Shown here: piece after piece, positions 43,601-52,561 of the stretch
How positions within the stretch are numbered: position 1 is the first letter of the stretch
Layout: every line of letters starts with the position of its first letter
NCBI GenBank assembly: GCA_002170775.2
Contig: NHIP02000014.1
Coordinates: forward strand, 44,462 to 108,461
Direction: 5' to 3'
DNA from: Euryarchaeota archaeon TMED192
GTDB taxonomy: Archaea > Thermoplasmatota > Poseidoniia > Poseidoniales > Thalassarchaeaceae
DNA: 64,000 nucleotides
Program-made: the position numbers and the translations under genes
Notes under the pieces: model-generated
Seen by the model: the letters and a program-made list of their open reading frames with translations, nothing else
Told to the model about the DNA's origin: nothing
Database searches by the model: none

Positions 43601-46600
43601 CGGATACGGGGATAACTGGGATGAGACACTCACAGTAGGGCCAGTTGCTGTATCTCAGACAGATTCTGATTATACCTATGCCTCATGGGACTACTATGCA
43701 GAAGGAGACTATCTCCAAGATCAATTCGGCAATGTACTCGCAGTTCGCGACTCAGCATCCCTTACTGTGGACTGGACAAAGAGCGGACAGTCATACACTG
43801 GTCTAGCTTACGGCTCATGGGTCGATCTTAATGAAAACGGGGTCCAGCGTACAAATCCGGAAGACCCAAACTTCCATGCATGTGAAGACTTCGATAACGA
43901 TGGCAACTACGATGAAGCTGAGTATTTCGGAGATAGGAACGATCAGGGCAATTACATCGTTTGGTTCGATTCAGAGTCAATAGTGAAGTCTGTAGTTCTG
44001 GATCTTACGCACATTGTGATACAGAATCGCACATCTGAGGAGCCACAAGAGTGGAGGGATGAATGTACGTCTCTGGCCGATGCCGAAGTCACACTCACAT
44101 GGAGATTTACATCCAATGGGGACGGCGTCAATGGAAACGCCGGTCTGGCCGGATTCGCCATTGACAATATCCGATTCGAGGAATTTACATTCGAAGATGA
44201 TGGGAATTACTCGGTGCCAGTAAACGGACTCGACTCTCAAGAGAAAATGACCGTCTCATTGGGGACACATGACTTCGACTCCGGATTGTATCGAATTGAT
44301 GTTAGGACGATATTTGACAACAATGATCCAACTCAGAAGTGGTATTTGGCTGAAGAGGTAAACCCCTCGAATAACTTCTCTAAAGTTCAATTCAGCATTG
44401 ATAGTGCTGAGATAACCCTCTTGCAACCCAACGTGCTTGATTGCGTTGGCGATGTCACATACGAATGCGTCTATCCGATAAGTCCGACATCGGCACATAC
44501 CTACTCGCTCCCGATACTCAATGGTGTGATTGAAGGTGTCTATGAGGTTACGATGACCGTCGTAGATACGACGACTGGTCAGACGGTATGGCAAGCAAAT
44601 TCAGATAACGGACCTTTCGACTTGGTGCCCCATCAGCGTACATTCGCTAACTGGTCCGCAGGATCTAATGTCCAAGTAGGTTCCAGTGGGATGTTCAACT
44701 CATGGGAGGACAGCAGGAAGTATAATCTAAGCTGGGCAGCAAAACTCATCAGCGATGATAGCGACAATGGCAACGTAAGATTCTTTGAAATCACCTTCAT
44801 GGACGATATCGATGTGGCCATTCTATCCAATCCAACTGATCAGAATCGTCTCCAAAGGGTCAAGTCAGATCTAGAGGCCATGGGCATGGTGTACACACAA
44901 TTCAGAACGAGTGAATGGGAAGATTATGTTACGCAGGACTGGACTGGAGTTTATGACAAGATACTCCTCCCATGGCAAACTGATTACAACGCTGAGTACG
45001 GCGAATACTATCAGAAATTGAATGAGTTGCGCGGAGACGGACTTTCAACTAACGACGTCCTGGATGATTTCATGGTCAATGGGGGTACTTTGCAGGTTCA
45101 TCTGGGCCCATACAGGAACGATTACGTTCCAGATAATCTCCCCTTCGGAATGGATATTCAGGAGAGAGATCCCTCGAATTCGTCAATCAGATTCGATTAC
45201 GAAGACGTTCGAGTCATTGATCGATATCACCCTCTCCTTTCCAATATCGAACTGAGCTACTTACAATCAGTCCACGCCGGTCAGTATGTGGCGAGATCGG
45301 GATTGGATATATCTCAAGTTCAGCCCAATCAGGTTCCTTCTGCATGCGGTGGCAGGATTTCTGATCCCTTGGGAACATTCCACAGCCTGCTTGGAAGTGT
45401 TGAGTACGGCTCACAATCCTTGCTAAGTCTCTGCAACAGAGGCAACGGAGGCATGATTGTCACGACCATGGATGTTGAAAACCCAAGCTTCTCAGAACCA
45501 TACGGCAGCGAGTCAATGCCCCTTCTCTCCAATATGCTCGATTACAGCGTTACGCCGTATCCTGTTGATTTCGGAATTGCTGGGGATACGTTTGACCTAA
45601 CGATAAATGGCGAAGCACCTTCAATCAACACCGTAACCAAGGCATACAATACGGTCTACATCAAGTCAAATTCCCAACTTCAGTTTAGCTATGTGTCCGA
45701 GCATAGTGACCTGATAGCCGATTGGACCTTGGAGCCAGGGGGCGAAGACTCAGTAACTGGATGGGAGAATGAGATTGTCGATCCAGGCGAGTACTCTTGG
45801 GTTTCCCAGACATCCGCAGACCTCCCCACACTTGGGTCATTCTGCGTAGAGGATACTTTGTCTTCCACCGGGTGTTTCCTTGGTGCTGAATGGCTGCTTA
45901 CTCTGTATCTGCACGACGCAGAGGGGCATACTCGAATGACCTATGTTCGTTTGATCACGAATGATACATTGGCGGATGAATCTGATCCAACTGCATCTAT
46001 TTCCATGGTTCAGGACGGTCTCACAGACGAGTTTGTCACTAGCGATGGAACGAAGACTGTCGGAGGCGTTGAGTGGGACGTTTATCGCGTCAGACTGACT
46101 CCTACCGGGGACATATCTCTATCTTTCACAGGTGCTGAAAGTATCGATCCGGATGCTCCTGAGGGCGAGACTGGCATCCAGATGTACTCATGGCGCGTTT
46201 ACTTTGACTATCCTGTAACCTCCCAGCCTAGCTTGGAGGGGCATTTGTTCGAGGTTCCGGCATTGGCAGGAGGAGATGCATTCACCTACACGTTCCGCAA
46301 TGTGACAAGTGACGGCGTCTTGGAGAATCAAATCCGCCTGGAGCTTATCGTTTACGATAAGGCAGGAAAAGACTCATCAAAGGCAAGAATGTACTTCGTA
46401 GTGGTGGGCGAAGACTATGGAGACGCTCCTCCAGTAGTATCCTTCAGCTCTCCAAAGCCAAATGATTCCCAGACCGAAGATCGAGTCACGATTAGCGGTA
46501 CGGTTGTCTCAGGCGCCGAGAACTCGGATGTAAGGATACAAGTAGCACTTGATGCAGTTACTTTGGATCTATCGCCAACACCGAAAAACACACAGAAGGC

Positions 46601-47084
46601 AATCGGTAAGTACAACGAGACAGGATTGCTCGGTGATGGGGCTTCATTCTCTATCACACTGGATATATCAGATCTCTATTCTGAAACGGATGGGGTATTA
46701 TCTACGGTTTACATCCGAATCATAGAAGGTGATGGCGTGAGGTATACAACCACCTCCAGCGAAGACATCTATCTACTAAAGAGAAGCAGTGACCCATGCG
46801 AAAGGGACCCATCTGCTGATGGATGCGATACTGAAGGTCAGGGCCTCGGACTGATAATTCCGATTGTGGGGGCTCTTCTCCTTGTTCTAGCCATAGCGGG
46901 AGTCACGATTTCGATGAGGGGCAGGAGCTCCTCAGCAGTAAGTGACGAAATAAGGTCCTTCCAAGGCGTGGAGGACATGGATCCAGTTGAGGCCTATGTG
47001 CAGCAGATGGTCGGGCAAGGATATCCTGAAGACTATGCCCGGCAGTACGCCCAGGACTACTACGCTAATCTAGAAAAGAAGTAG
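40617..47084 (+). CDS. Giant (~2150 aa) single-pass surface protein with FG-GAP/VCBS repeats, jelly-roll, CARDB/PKD-like domains
   Basis: Signal peptide ending PAASA; repeats GDLDCDGDDD, ADIDGDQMPD, GDIDDDGDDD, SDVNGDGNMD; two LRFRF/LTWRF..GFA(F/I)DNI jelly-roll motifs; C-terminal TM. Confidence 0.85.
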   Translation: MRSGANGKRTQNRRAKAITLVVMMVSMTLISFVPAASASQITQYAVQRDPHFVATGDLDCDGDDDIAASSSMGFYLTSMFNDGAGGFPDRQDIFIAGGVGDSQRQSIFQTANSQQIEIADIDGDQMPDIVYFQENVRFVGETFVRPANLTVLWGECNMNTHQWSRDIIEIASHPFSQGMDVGDIDDDGDDDIVLATMTPDGGQTYLEVFKGPDPGPQADQTILVPAPTYGHYSYIELGHWGEDLAEDPFTGATLPGECEDLDLWVLRTPRFNPGAGYSVGNYDNMTVIEFDCVTGLYADPNVGGSAAASVHDFTLDAEHGYELQIDVEDTDGDGIIDMVAAVDGIEGRVSYATRSGVNSNWDTRNYINLGNYKGASITISDVNGDGNMDFFVPTELTLTRLQDSSSKNQTYTTVENLRELNSVEIILSDTQGTGYLSPISFDVGRRPTVAVPAQLKGDDSTAQEIIIGQRDYSYRFSSGAMWMDSLGWPGAGDFLSVLTLDNQDVAIDGLTIAPASTDPATGSAQLGEGTRFVNVTLMNTGLNPVSGSVNLDLAVKEVTGGADTVVYSNDFDGTVESSNCSSCTWVGASYTSDFSPGTSWHEERNSTALTENVSTYEADHNPTNYMWAGLDYNGTDENNSGYLNNMDEAFILQNVDLTGADAAFLEASILCSVAYTNLFLSEPYVVQERWLYEDSCGIEAFSEGRGWERVWFQGGYDQDRYFNLLALNQDPEYEIKNFAIYPYYITEWTNYSEGGSEDNLTNTVESIDLTPYAGEVIDLRFRFRSGLLGSVGTVDTSYDTGFDGFAFDNITVIKRNTAFGLEQSTSQQVNFQPLAAGEKREISLSADFIDNKTYYISTTLSNFNGFVDQDPINDGLKFQTTVRNLYDPGLTADPFVDFEPGVRYASAEYPIDVRVQNFGNTIVNWTTEAEIFNALPDLTAIEDFSGINPIWTDDNDQEGKENGSRLDDSTTSNQALPQNQGVFKNFAYWLGDPDIGYGDNWDETLTVGPVAVSQTDSDYTYASWDYYAEGDYLQDQFGNVLAVRDSASLTVDWTKSGQSYTGLAYGSWVDLNENGVQRTNPEDPNFHACEDFDNDGNYDEAEYFGDRNDQGNYIVWFDSESIVKSVVLDLTHIVIQNRTSEEPQEWRDECTSLADAEVTLTWRFTSNGDGVNGNAGLAGFAIDNIRFEEFTFEDDGNYSVPVNGLDSQEKMTVSLGTHDFDSGLYRIDVRTIFDNNDPTQKWYLAEEVNPSNNFSKVQFSIDSAEITLLQPNVLDCVGDVTYECVYPISPTSAHTYSLPILNGVIEGVYEVTMTVVDTTTGQTVWQANSDNGPFDLVPHQRTFANWSAGSNVQVGSSGMFNSWEDSRKYNLSWAAKLISDDSDNGNVRFFEITFMDDIDVAILSNPTDQNRLQRVKSDLEAMGMVYTQFRTSEWEDYVTQDWTGVYDKILLPWQTDYNAEYGEYYQKLNELRGDGLSTNDVLDDFMVNGGTLQVHLGPYRNDYVPDNLPFGMDIQERDPSNSSIRFDYEDVRVIDRYHPLLSNIELSYLQSVHAGQYVARSGLDISQVQPNQVPSACGGRISDPLGTFHSLLGSVEYGSQSLLSLCNRGNGGMIVTTMDVENPSFSEPYGSESMPLLSNMLDYSVTPYPVDFGIAGDTFDLTINGEAPSINTVTKAYNTVYIKSNSQLQFSYVSEHSDLIADWTLEPGGEDSVTGWENEIVDPGEYSWVSQTSADLPTLGSFCVEDTLSSTGCFLGAEWLLTLYLHDAEGHTRMTYVRLITNDTLADESDPTASISMVQDGLTDEFVTSDGTKTVGGVEWDVYRVRLTPTGDISLSFTGAESIDPDAPEGETGIQMYSWRVYFDYPVTSQPSLEGHLFEVPALAGGDAFTYTFRNVTSDGVLENQIRLELIVYDKAGKDSSKARMYFVVVGEDYGDAPPVVSFSSPKPNDSQTEDRVTISGTVVSGAENSDVRIQVALDAVTLDLSPTPKNTQKAIGKYNETGLLGDGASFSITLDISDLYSETDGVLSTVYIRIIEGDGVRYTTTSSEDIYLLKRSSDPCERDPSADGCDTEGQGLGLIIPIVGALLLVLAIAGVTISMRGRSSSAVSDEIRSFQGVEDMDPVEAYVQQMVGQGYPEDYARQYAQDYYANLEKK

Positions 47085-47094
47085 TTGGACAACA

Positions 47095-48078
47095 TCAATG
47101 AGATGTGAAAACCGTGGTCCAGCGGCGCTGTACGCGCTGCCCCTCGGCAACGATTCTATTGTGACGTTCTATCCATGCCGGGGGCCTGTATTTCAACATC
47201 GATTTGTGGAGCCTTCCTTCTCTGATATTCTCCGGTATGCATACCTTTCCGGAGGCCATTTCTATATCCAGTGCGCGATCTAGATCAGTCGCGTTCCTGT
47301 TCATCCATCTGAAAAGGGGCTCTGATATGCGAGTCATTGTAAAAAATGCAGTTAGGATTACCAGAAATGTGGCCACTTGACCTTTAGCACCGTATGGGGA
47401 AAGAGCAGCGGAAGCAATGAATCCGAGTACGAATACAAGTGGTGCTATCATGAAGAATAGAAAGTATGTCTGAGATACCGGTTTCTGATTCCGATACCTC
47501 TCAATCTTCTCCCAGCGGGGGTGATTTGGATCCTGAGGCCTAAAGACGTCCTTCTGCCTGAGTCCAAGCGCGTCTTTCAAACTCCTCCCCACATCCTCAG
47601 TCCTACGTTTCTGAGATTTAGTCAGCGTATCCTGGTCTAGATTCTCTATCAAATCCATAATTCTAGATGCTGCAGCGTATTCGCCATATCTTGCAAGAAT
47701 TGCAACCTGCTCAATCATTGGAGCAGGAGATTCTGGTTTTAGAACGCGATATTCCCCCCACCACTCTAGCGCATCCTCCATCATTCCTAGATGATCGACA
47801 AGAATAAGTCCTCCAAGGGCCCATGCCTCTTCTAGATCTGGGTTGAAAGAAACTGCTGAACGGAGACATCTCACTGCATTGGCACATTGTGAGAGATCAG
47901 GGTCTATCGGCCTACCTCTACTTCTCGGGGGGAGGTGTAAATCTGCAGCTTCAAGCCATAATAAGCCATCTTCCGGATAATCCTTCAGAGCAGCTTCAAC
48001 AGCTTCTATGGCTGCTTCTCGACCTTCTTCTTTCAGAGTCTCACGGATCCTTCCGACAACATCCTCAGGCTCACTCAT
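47095..48078 (-). CDS. TPR-like repeat membrane protein
   Basis: Helical repeats (EAALKDYPEDGLLWLE; RSAVSFNPDLEEAWALGG); two C-terminal TMs. Confidence 0.7.
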   Translation of the reverse strand: MSEPEDVVGRIRETLKEEGREAAIEAVEAALKDYPEDGLLWLEAADLHLPPRSRGRPIDPDLSQCANAVRCLRSAVSFNPDLEEAWALGGLILVDHLGMMEDALEWWGEYRVLKPESPAPMIEQVAILARYGEYAAASRIMDLIENLDQDTLTKSQKRRTEDVGRSLKDALGLRQKDVFRPQDPNHPRWEKIERYRNQKPVSQTYFLFFMIAPLVFVLGFIASAALSPYGAKGQVATFLVILTAFFTMTRISEPLFRWMNRNATDLDRALDIEMASGKVCIPENIREGRLHKSMLKYRPPAWIERHNRIVAEGQRVQRRWTTVFTSH

Positions 48079-48117
48079 CGAGCGGGGGACAGGGGCATTG
48101 GGATTGAATCCTCCTGT

Positions 48118-48765
48118 TCATCTAGATCTCCGATTAGTACGGCCTCTTTTGCCACCATGACTCTCTTTTCTGCTTCTATCGCTTCGATTACGGGCGTTAT
48201 TGTCTCTACTATCTCGTCGCATGGGGCTACTTCTAGGACGACGACCACCTGCATCCCCGCGTCTCTTTCCTGCTTCTGAACGATTTCGTTGAGCAGCACC
48301 GGAACCCGGACTCTTGTACGGTCTAGGACTTCCGCATTTCGAACATTTCGAAGTTCTAGAATTCATACTTCTACAGGCTGAGCAGACCCATGTAGGCAAC
48401 ATCCTGCCGCTATTGGCCTTACGGGGCTTCCTGTCTCCGAATTTCTCGTTCCCCATGCTTTTTGATCTCGGACGATCTCTCCTATGTCCCCCTCCTTTCG
48501 GCACATTGCTATTCCTTCTGTTATCATTTCGACTTCTCCTCCCGATTTCAATAGGGGCGCCTATTGCGGATGATGAGTCTATTTTCTCTGATAGAGAAAC
48601 ATGCACAAGTGCATTTTCTATGCCTCCAATAACGGAATCGACCTTGCCTATTGTCCGGCCTCCTTCAATACGAACCTCCCAGCCCAGACCAGGCGCCTTG
48701 TCTTCGAATTCTGCGAGTAAACCGCCAACATGAGATAGCGACACGACTCGCCCCTTCACTGTCAT
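48118..48765 (-). CDS. Gar1/Naf1-like H/ACA RNP protein fused to a RanBP2-like zinc finger and R/S/G-rich tail
   Basis: GRVVSL..LL..APGLGWEV..GRTIGKVDSVIGGIENALVHV (Gar1-like barrel); WVCSACRSMNSRTSKCSKCGSPR; basic low-complexity tail. Confidence 0.72.
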   Translation of the reverse strand: MTVKGRVVSLSHVGGLLAEFEDKAPGLGWEVRIEGGRTIGKVDSVIGGIENALVHVSLSEKIDSSSAIGAPIEIGRRSRNDNRRNSNVPKGGGHRRDRPRSKSMGNEKFGDRKPRKANSGRMLPTWVCSACRSMNSRTSKCSKCGSPRPYKSPGSGAAQRNRSEAGKRRGDAGGRRPRSSPMRRDSRDNNARNRSDRSRKESHGGKRGRTNRRSR

Positions 48766-50843
48766 GATAGCCTGCGGGCCCCTCTTCTATACATGAATGC
48801 AGCAGCAAGAATTCCAATCATGGACGATGATCCGGGGAATGGGAGAAGGCCTCCTTCATCATTTTGACCGGCCCTGGGCGGTGGCTCTATTCCATCAGGG
48901 GTCTGCAATACTTCGGTTGAGTCAAAGCTCCTATCAGCAGATGAACACATCCCAGAGGCATCGCAGACACGTACTGTAACGGTATGTTCCCCAGGATCAA
49001 AGAGTGCGAAGTCGATGGGTCCTACTGACCAAGAGTTGCCCGATGCATCGACATTCCCCAAAGTATTGCCATCAATCAGCATACTGAATGACACATCCTC
49101 CCCATCTGGTTCTCCGAACATTCCACTCATGCTCCATGTGGTGCCTACCCACTCGCTATTCAAAATTGAAATAATCGGGGGGTCACCAATTTTCTGAAAT
49201 ATCAAACGGCTCTTCTCAACACGTTCATGGAGCCCATCGCCACTTATTTTGAACCAGACATTAACAGCGCCGGGAATCAAATTTGAGGAAGATTCGCTGA
49301 ATGCCCGTCCCTCTCCATTCTGGAGAATGACCGCGTTTTCGTAGTATATGGGCTCTCCATTATTTTGACTCAGCCCTATTTCTAAGATGATCTGCCTTGG
49401 AACTCCGTCATCTGTAACCGGAAGTTGAACTCCGTAAAATTCCATATCCACTGCATCATAAATGACTGGTAGACTCTGGGACGAATTACTGCTCACCGTG
49501 AATCCACTCACTGCCATAAAGCTCCTCTCAGCAGATTGCTGGCCAGAGAGATCGACGGCCGAGCAGATAAATTCAGATTTTCCGGTATCGTCTGGGATAG
49601 TCGCTCGTATCGACCTGTCTTCTCTAAATAGATTGAATTCCACCTCCTCGTTGTTGTAGCAATTTATGTTTAGTTTCGAAACAGCCATATCATCGGTAAA
49701 CCACCCCGCGATCTCCCCCCACTCTGCGATTACCACGTTAGGATCAAAAACATCCCCTTCAACTATGCCATAAACCCATAATGAGCCATTTTCAGGCGCT
49801 TCTGGTGTCCATGAAGGAGGATTGTCTACGGGAGGAGCAATAGTTGTGAGGTCAAAGAATAGGTCTTCTCCAGAAGGCCAATACGTGTTTGGCCGGCTCG
49901 GCTCGATTTCTAAGGTGAGCCCCCCTTTACCGTTGTAATTTGTCACTACTGAAGAAGAACCATCCCCTATGCAGGAGCCTCTAATGGGTGTAGGCGAACC
50001 CCCATTAAGCAAATCACGCCCCTCACATTCTTCAAACAGAGACAGCCTCATTCCTTCTACGTAAGGTGCATTTATCGTGTAGGTAGCACGAGAGATATTT
50101 GAGACATTCATCGCGAGAGTTAGCGTCTCAAGGGACTGAATGTTGTGCAAGTCGACTTCTCCGCTTAGATACAATTCAATTCTACATTCATCAAGCGATT
50201 CGCTATCAGAGTCGCAATCACGATCCGAGTTTGGAACAACTGGGATCTCATAGCAACCTTGGCTACTTCCGAAGCTACTACAATCTCTGACAGAACTATG
50301 TCTATCCGGAACCATATTCCATTCATCTATCGAAACACCATCTTCCACCCATGTAGCATTCCTCCAGTCCACTGCTGCTCCCCCGCGATGGTGTTCGCCA
50401 TCTCTAACCCCTACCCGGGTCATGGTGTACTCGACGCAATCCGCAGCAACTGATCTGACGGCTTCGCGTTCGTCAGATGACAGCCATCCATCGCCACCAC
50501 TTGGCACCAAACCATCCAGAAGATCATCTAAGAAAGTTCTGAAATCATCGGCCATTGTCCCATTTACCCATGCCATGGCATTGATCTGTGCAGTTCTCCA
50601 GTTGTCTGCCACAGTTACATTAAATTCTGCCCAAGTGTATGTAAAAACGTCTTCAAACGAACTTTGGGAACATTGCGCTTCGAAAGTTCCCCCGCCACCA
50701 AACTGCCCCATCGAAATATTCTGCTTTTGAAGATCTTCGGAGTGACTGAATGGAGACAAAGAGAGTGAGATAATCAGCACAACAATCCCGGCTGCGAGTA
50801 CAATGCGTTGGTTAAGCACACTCCACTGCACTCGCCGTACCAC
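48762..50843 (-). CDS. Hypothetical Cys-containing surface protein with Ig-like C-terminal domain and CTERM-like anchor
   Basis: Signal peptide, many paired Cys, GEHTVTVRVCD Ig strand, terminal LLPFPG-hydrophobic-RR. Start may be GTG 50819. Confidence 0.75.
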   Translation of the reverse strand: MVRRVQWSVLNQRIVLAAGIVVLIISLSLSPFSHSEDLQKQNISMGQFGGGGTFEAQCSQSSFEDVFTYTWAEFNVTVADNWRTAQINAMAWVNGTMADDFRTFLDDLLDGLVPSGGDGWLSSDEREAVRSVAADCVEYTMTRVGVRDGEHHRGGAAVDWRNATWVEDGVSIDEWNMVPDRHSSVRDCSSFGSSQGCYEIPVVPNSDRDCDSDSESLDECRIELYLSGEVDLHNIQSLETLTLAMNVSNISRATYTINAPYVEGMRLSLFEECEGRDLLNGGSPTPIRGSCIGDGSSSVVTNYNGKGGLTLEIEPSRPNTYWPSGEDLFFDLTTIAPPVDNPPSWTPEAPENGSLWVYGIVEGDVFDPNVVIAEWGEIAGWFTDDMAVSKLNINCYNNEEVEFNLFREDRSIRATIPDDTGKSEFICSAVDLSGQQSAERSFMAVSGFTVSSNSSQSLPVIYDAVDMEFYGVQLPVTDDGVPRQIILEIGLSQNNGEPIYYENAVILQNGEGRAFSESSSNLIPGAVNVWFKISGDGLHERVEKSRLIFQKIGDPPIISILNSEWVGTTWSMSGMFGEPDGEDVSFSMLIDGNTLGNVDASGNSWSVGPIDFALFDPGEHTVTVRVCDASGMCSSADRSFDSTEVLQTPDGIEPPPRAGQNDEGGLLPFPGSSSMIGILAAAFMYRRGARRLS

Positions 50844-50957
50844 TTCACGTTATGTTTGATACTTCGAAAAATTCTGCCGTTTCTCCAATATTATCCTCAA
50901 ACCACCCTCACAACGTGCCCACCACATCCAAATAATGGATTAGGGGCGCCTAAAATA

Positions 50958-51677
50958 ATGACAAGTGGGTCAGAGGGTGATGCTATCGTCAAGCTCGATG
51001 GCGTAACTATCGGATATGATGAAAACAACCCCCTCGCAACTATTCCGTCTTTGTTGATAAAAAAAGGAGAGATTCTTGCTATTGCAGGACCCTCAGGCAT
51101 AGGTAAGTCAACACTACTCAAAACAATCGCAGGCCTCGTCAGCCCTTTGCGGGGAACAATAGAAGTGTGCGATGCAACTCTTCCAAAGAGGCCTTTCAGA
51201 GGTGATTTGGGCTATATCCCTCAGAGACTTGGTTTGATTCGGCATGCCAGTGTCATGCACAACGTCCTAATCGGATCTAGAGCATCTATGTGCGGATCCA
51301 TGCAAATTTTCACTTCGAGGGAAGCGAAGGAAAGCGCAAGGAATGCGATATGCGAGATGGGCCTCGAACAGAAAATGTGGGAGCCTGTAAAGCGACTTTC
51401 AGGAGGACAGCAGAGACGAGTCGCTACAGCCAGAACATTGGCCCAATCACCAAAGGTAATACTCGCTGATGAGTTTCTCAGTGAGCTCGATGATGAGACC
51501 ATGTCGTATGTTGCTCAAACTGTAGTCCAATATGCGCGTGACAATGATGCGGCGGTAATCTTAGTTGAACACGACGTGTCTCGCGCACGCGAACTGGCGG
51601 ATAGGCTAGTCGTGATGGATGATGGAAGGCTGAATCCATTCATCTCCTCTACGAAAACACTAGAGGTAAAGATATGA
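50958..51677 (+). CDS. ABC transporter ATPase, PhnC-like (phosphate/phosphonate)
   Basis: GPSGIGKST, GYIPQRLGLI..NVLIG, LSGGQQRRVATAR, ILADE, VEHD; coupled to a PhnE-like permease. Confidence 0.85.
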   Translation: MTSGSEGDAIVKLDGVTIGYDENNPLATIPSLLIKKGEILAIAGPSGIGKSTLLKTIAGLVSPLRGTIEVCDATLPKRPFRGDLGYIPQRLGLIRHASVMHNVLIGSRASMCGSMQIFTSREAKESARNAICEMGLEQKMWEPVKRLSGGQQRRVATARTLAQSPKVILADEFLSELDDETMSYVAQTVVQYARDNDAAVILVEHDVSRARELADRLVVMDDGRLNPFISSTKTLEVKI

Positions 51678-52549
51678 GCTCAAAATTAAGGATTTATCCT
51701 GGGCATATTTTTGCAACGCTCCTAATCCTCGCACTGATCGTGATGGATAGATCAGTAGATGATTGGGGCACACTTTCGAATGGGCTCGGGAATCTAGTCA
51801 TTTTCTTTCATGAGTCTCTCTGGCCACCAGAATGGGGAGTGCTTGAACCTCGGGGTTGGCCGGAGTGCACTGCCTCATCAGCTGTTGATTTTACATGCTC
51901 AACAGCATGGATTGGTATGATAGAAACTCTTCAGATAGCCTTTGTATCAACAATACTTGCAATGACTATCTCCCTCCCTATGGCGCTCCTAGCTGCAAAG
52001 AATGTCGGTACACTTCGAACATCCATTGTCATTCGCTTCATCTTGGCTGCTTTCAGGAGCTTACCGTCCCTGATTTGGGCAATATTCTTTGTAATACTCA
52101 TCGGACTCGGCACTATTTCCGGGATATTTGCCATGACGATATACTCGATAGGATATCTGGGCAAACTTCAGTATGAGGCCATAGAAGGCATGAACAGCCT
52201 CCCCATGGAAGCCGCTGATGTAGCGGGCTTGAGCCGTTTTGAGAAGGCTATTCATGTTGTAATCCCTGAATCTGCGAACAATCTGATTTCTCAAGCCATA
52301 TTCATGTTCGAATACAATGTAAGACATGGCTCAGTTATTGGAATTGTAGGTGCAGGAGGTATTGGGTATTACATCGAAAGATCACTATTCTTTCTTGCAT
52401 ATGACGAGGTTTTAGCCTACTTGATCATAATCTTCGCAGTAGTCATTCTGATAGATTTCATTTCAGTATACGCTCGATCTTTCTTCAACGATGACAGAAC
52501 TGTTGTAAAAAGGACTTCATGGAAAACAGTCTTCACAGGCCACGAGTAA
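51674..52549 (+). CDS. phnE: Phosphonate ABC transporter permease, PhnE/PtxC-like
   Basis: ETLQIAF, RSLPSLIWAIFF, GYLGKLQYEAIE, FEYNVRHGSVIGIVGAGGIG. Confidence 0.9.
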   Translation: MSSKLRIYPGHIFATLLILALIVMDRSVDDWGTLSNGLGNLVIFFHESLWPPEWGVLEPRGWPECTASSAVDFTCSTAWIGMIETLQIAFVSTILAMTISLPMALLAAKNVGTLRTSIVIRFILAAFRSLPSLIWAIFFVILIGLGTISGIFAMTIYSIGYLGKLQYEAIEGMNSLPMEAADVAGLSRFEKAIHVVIPESANNLISQAIFMFEYNVRHGSVIGIVGAGGIGYYIERSLFFLAYDEVLAYLIIIFAVVILIDFISVYARSFFNDDRTVVKRTSWKTVFTGHE

Positions 52550-52561
52550 CGAGTTACCAAG

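Noticed and set aside
48075..48299. 74-aa alternative-frame ORF overlapping the Gar1 tail
   Set aside because: Most likely a shadow frame of the low-complexity R/S tail; no independent support, though it bridges to the next gene's start.
50926..50940. ATCCA-N5-TGGAT inverted repeat upstream of the phnC-like gene
   Set aside because: Only 5-bp arms and a single copy; it overlaps the likely TATA region and cannot be supported as an operator.
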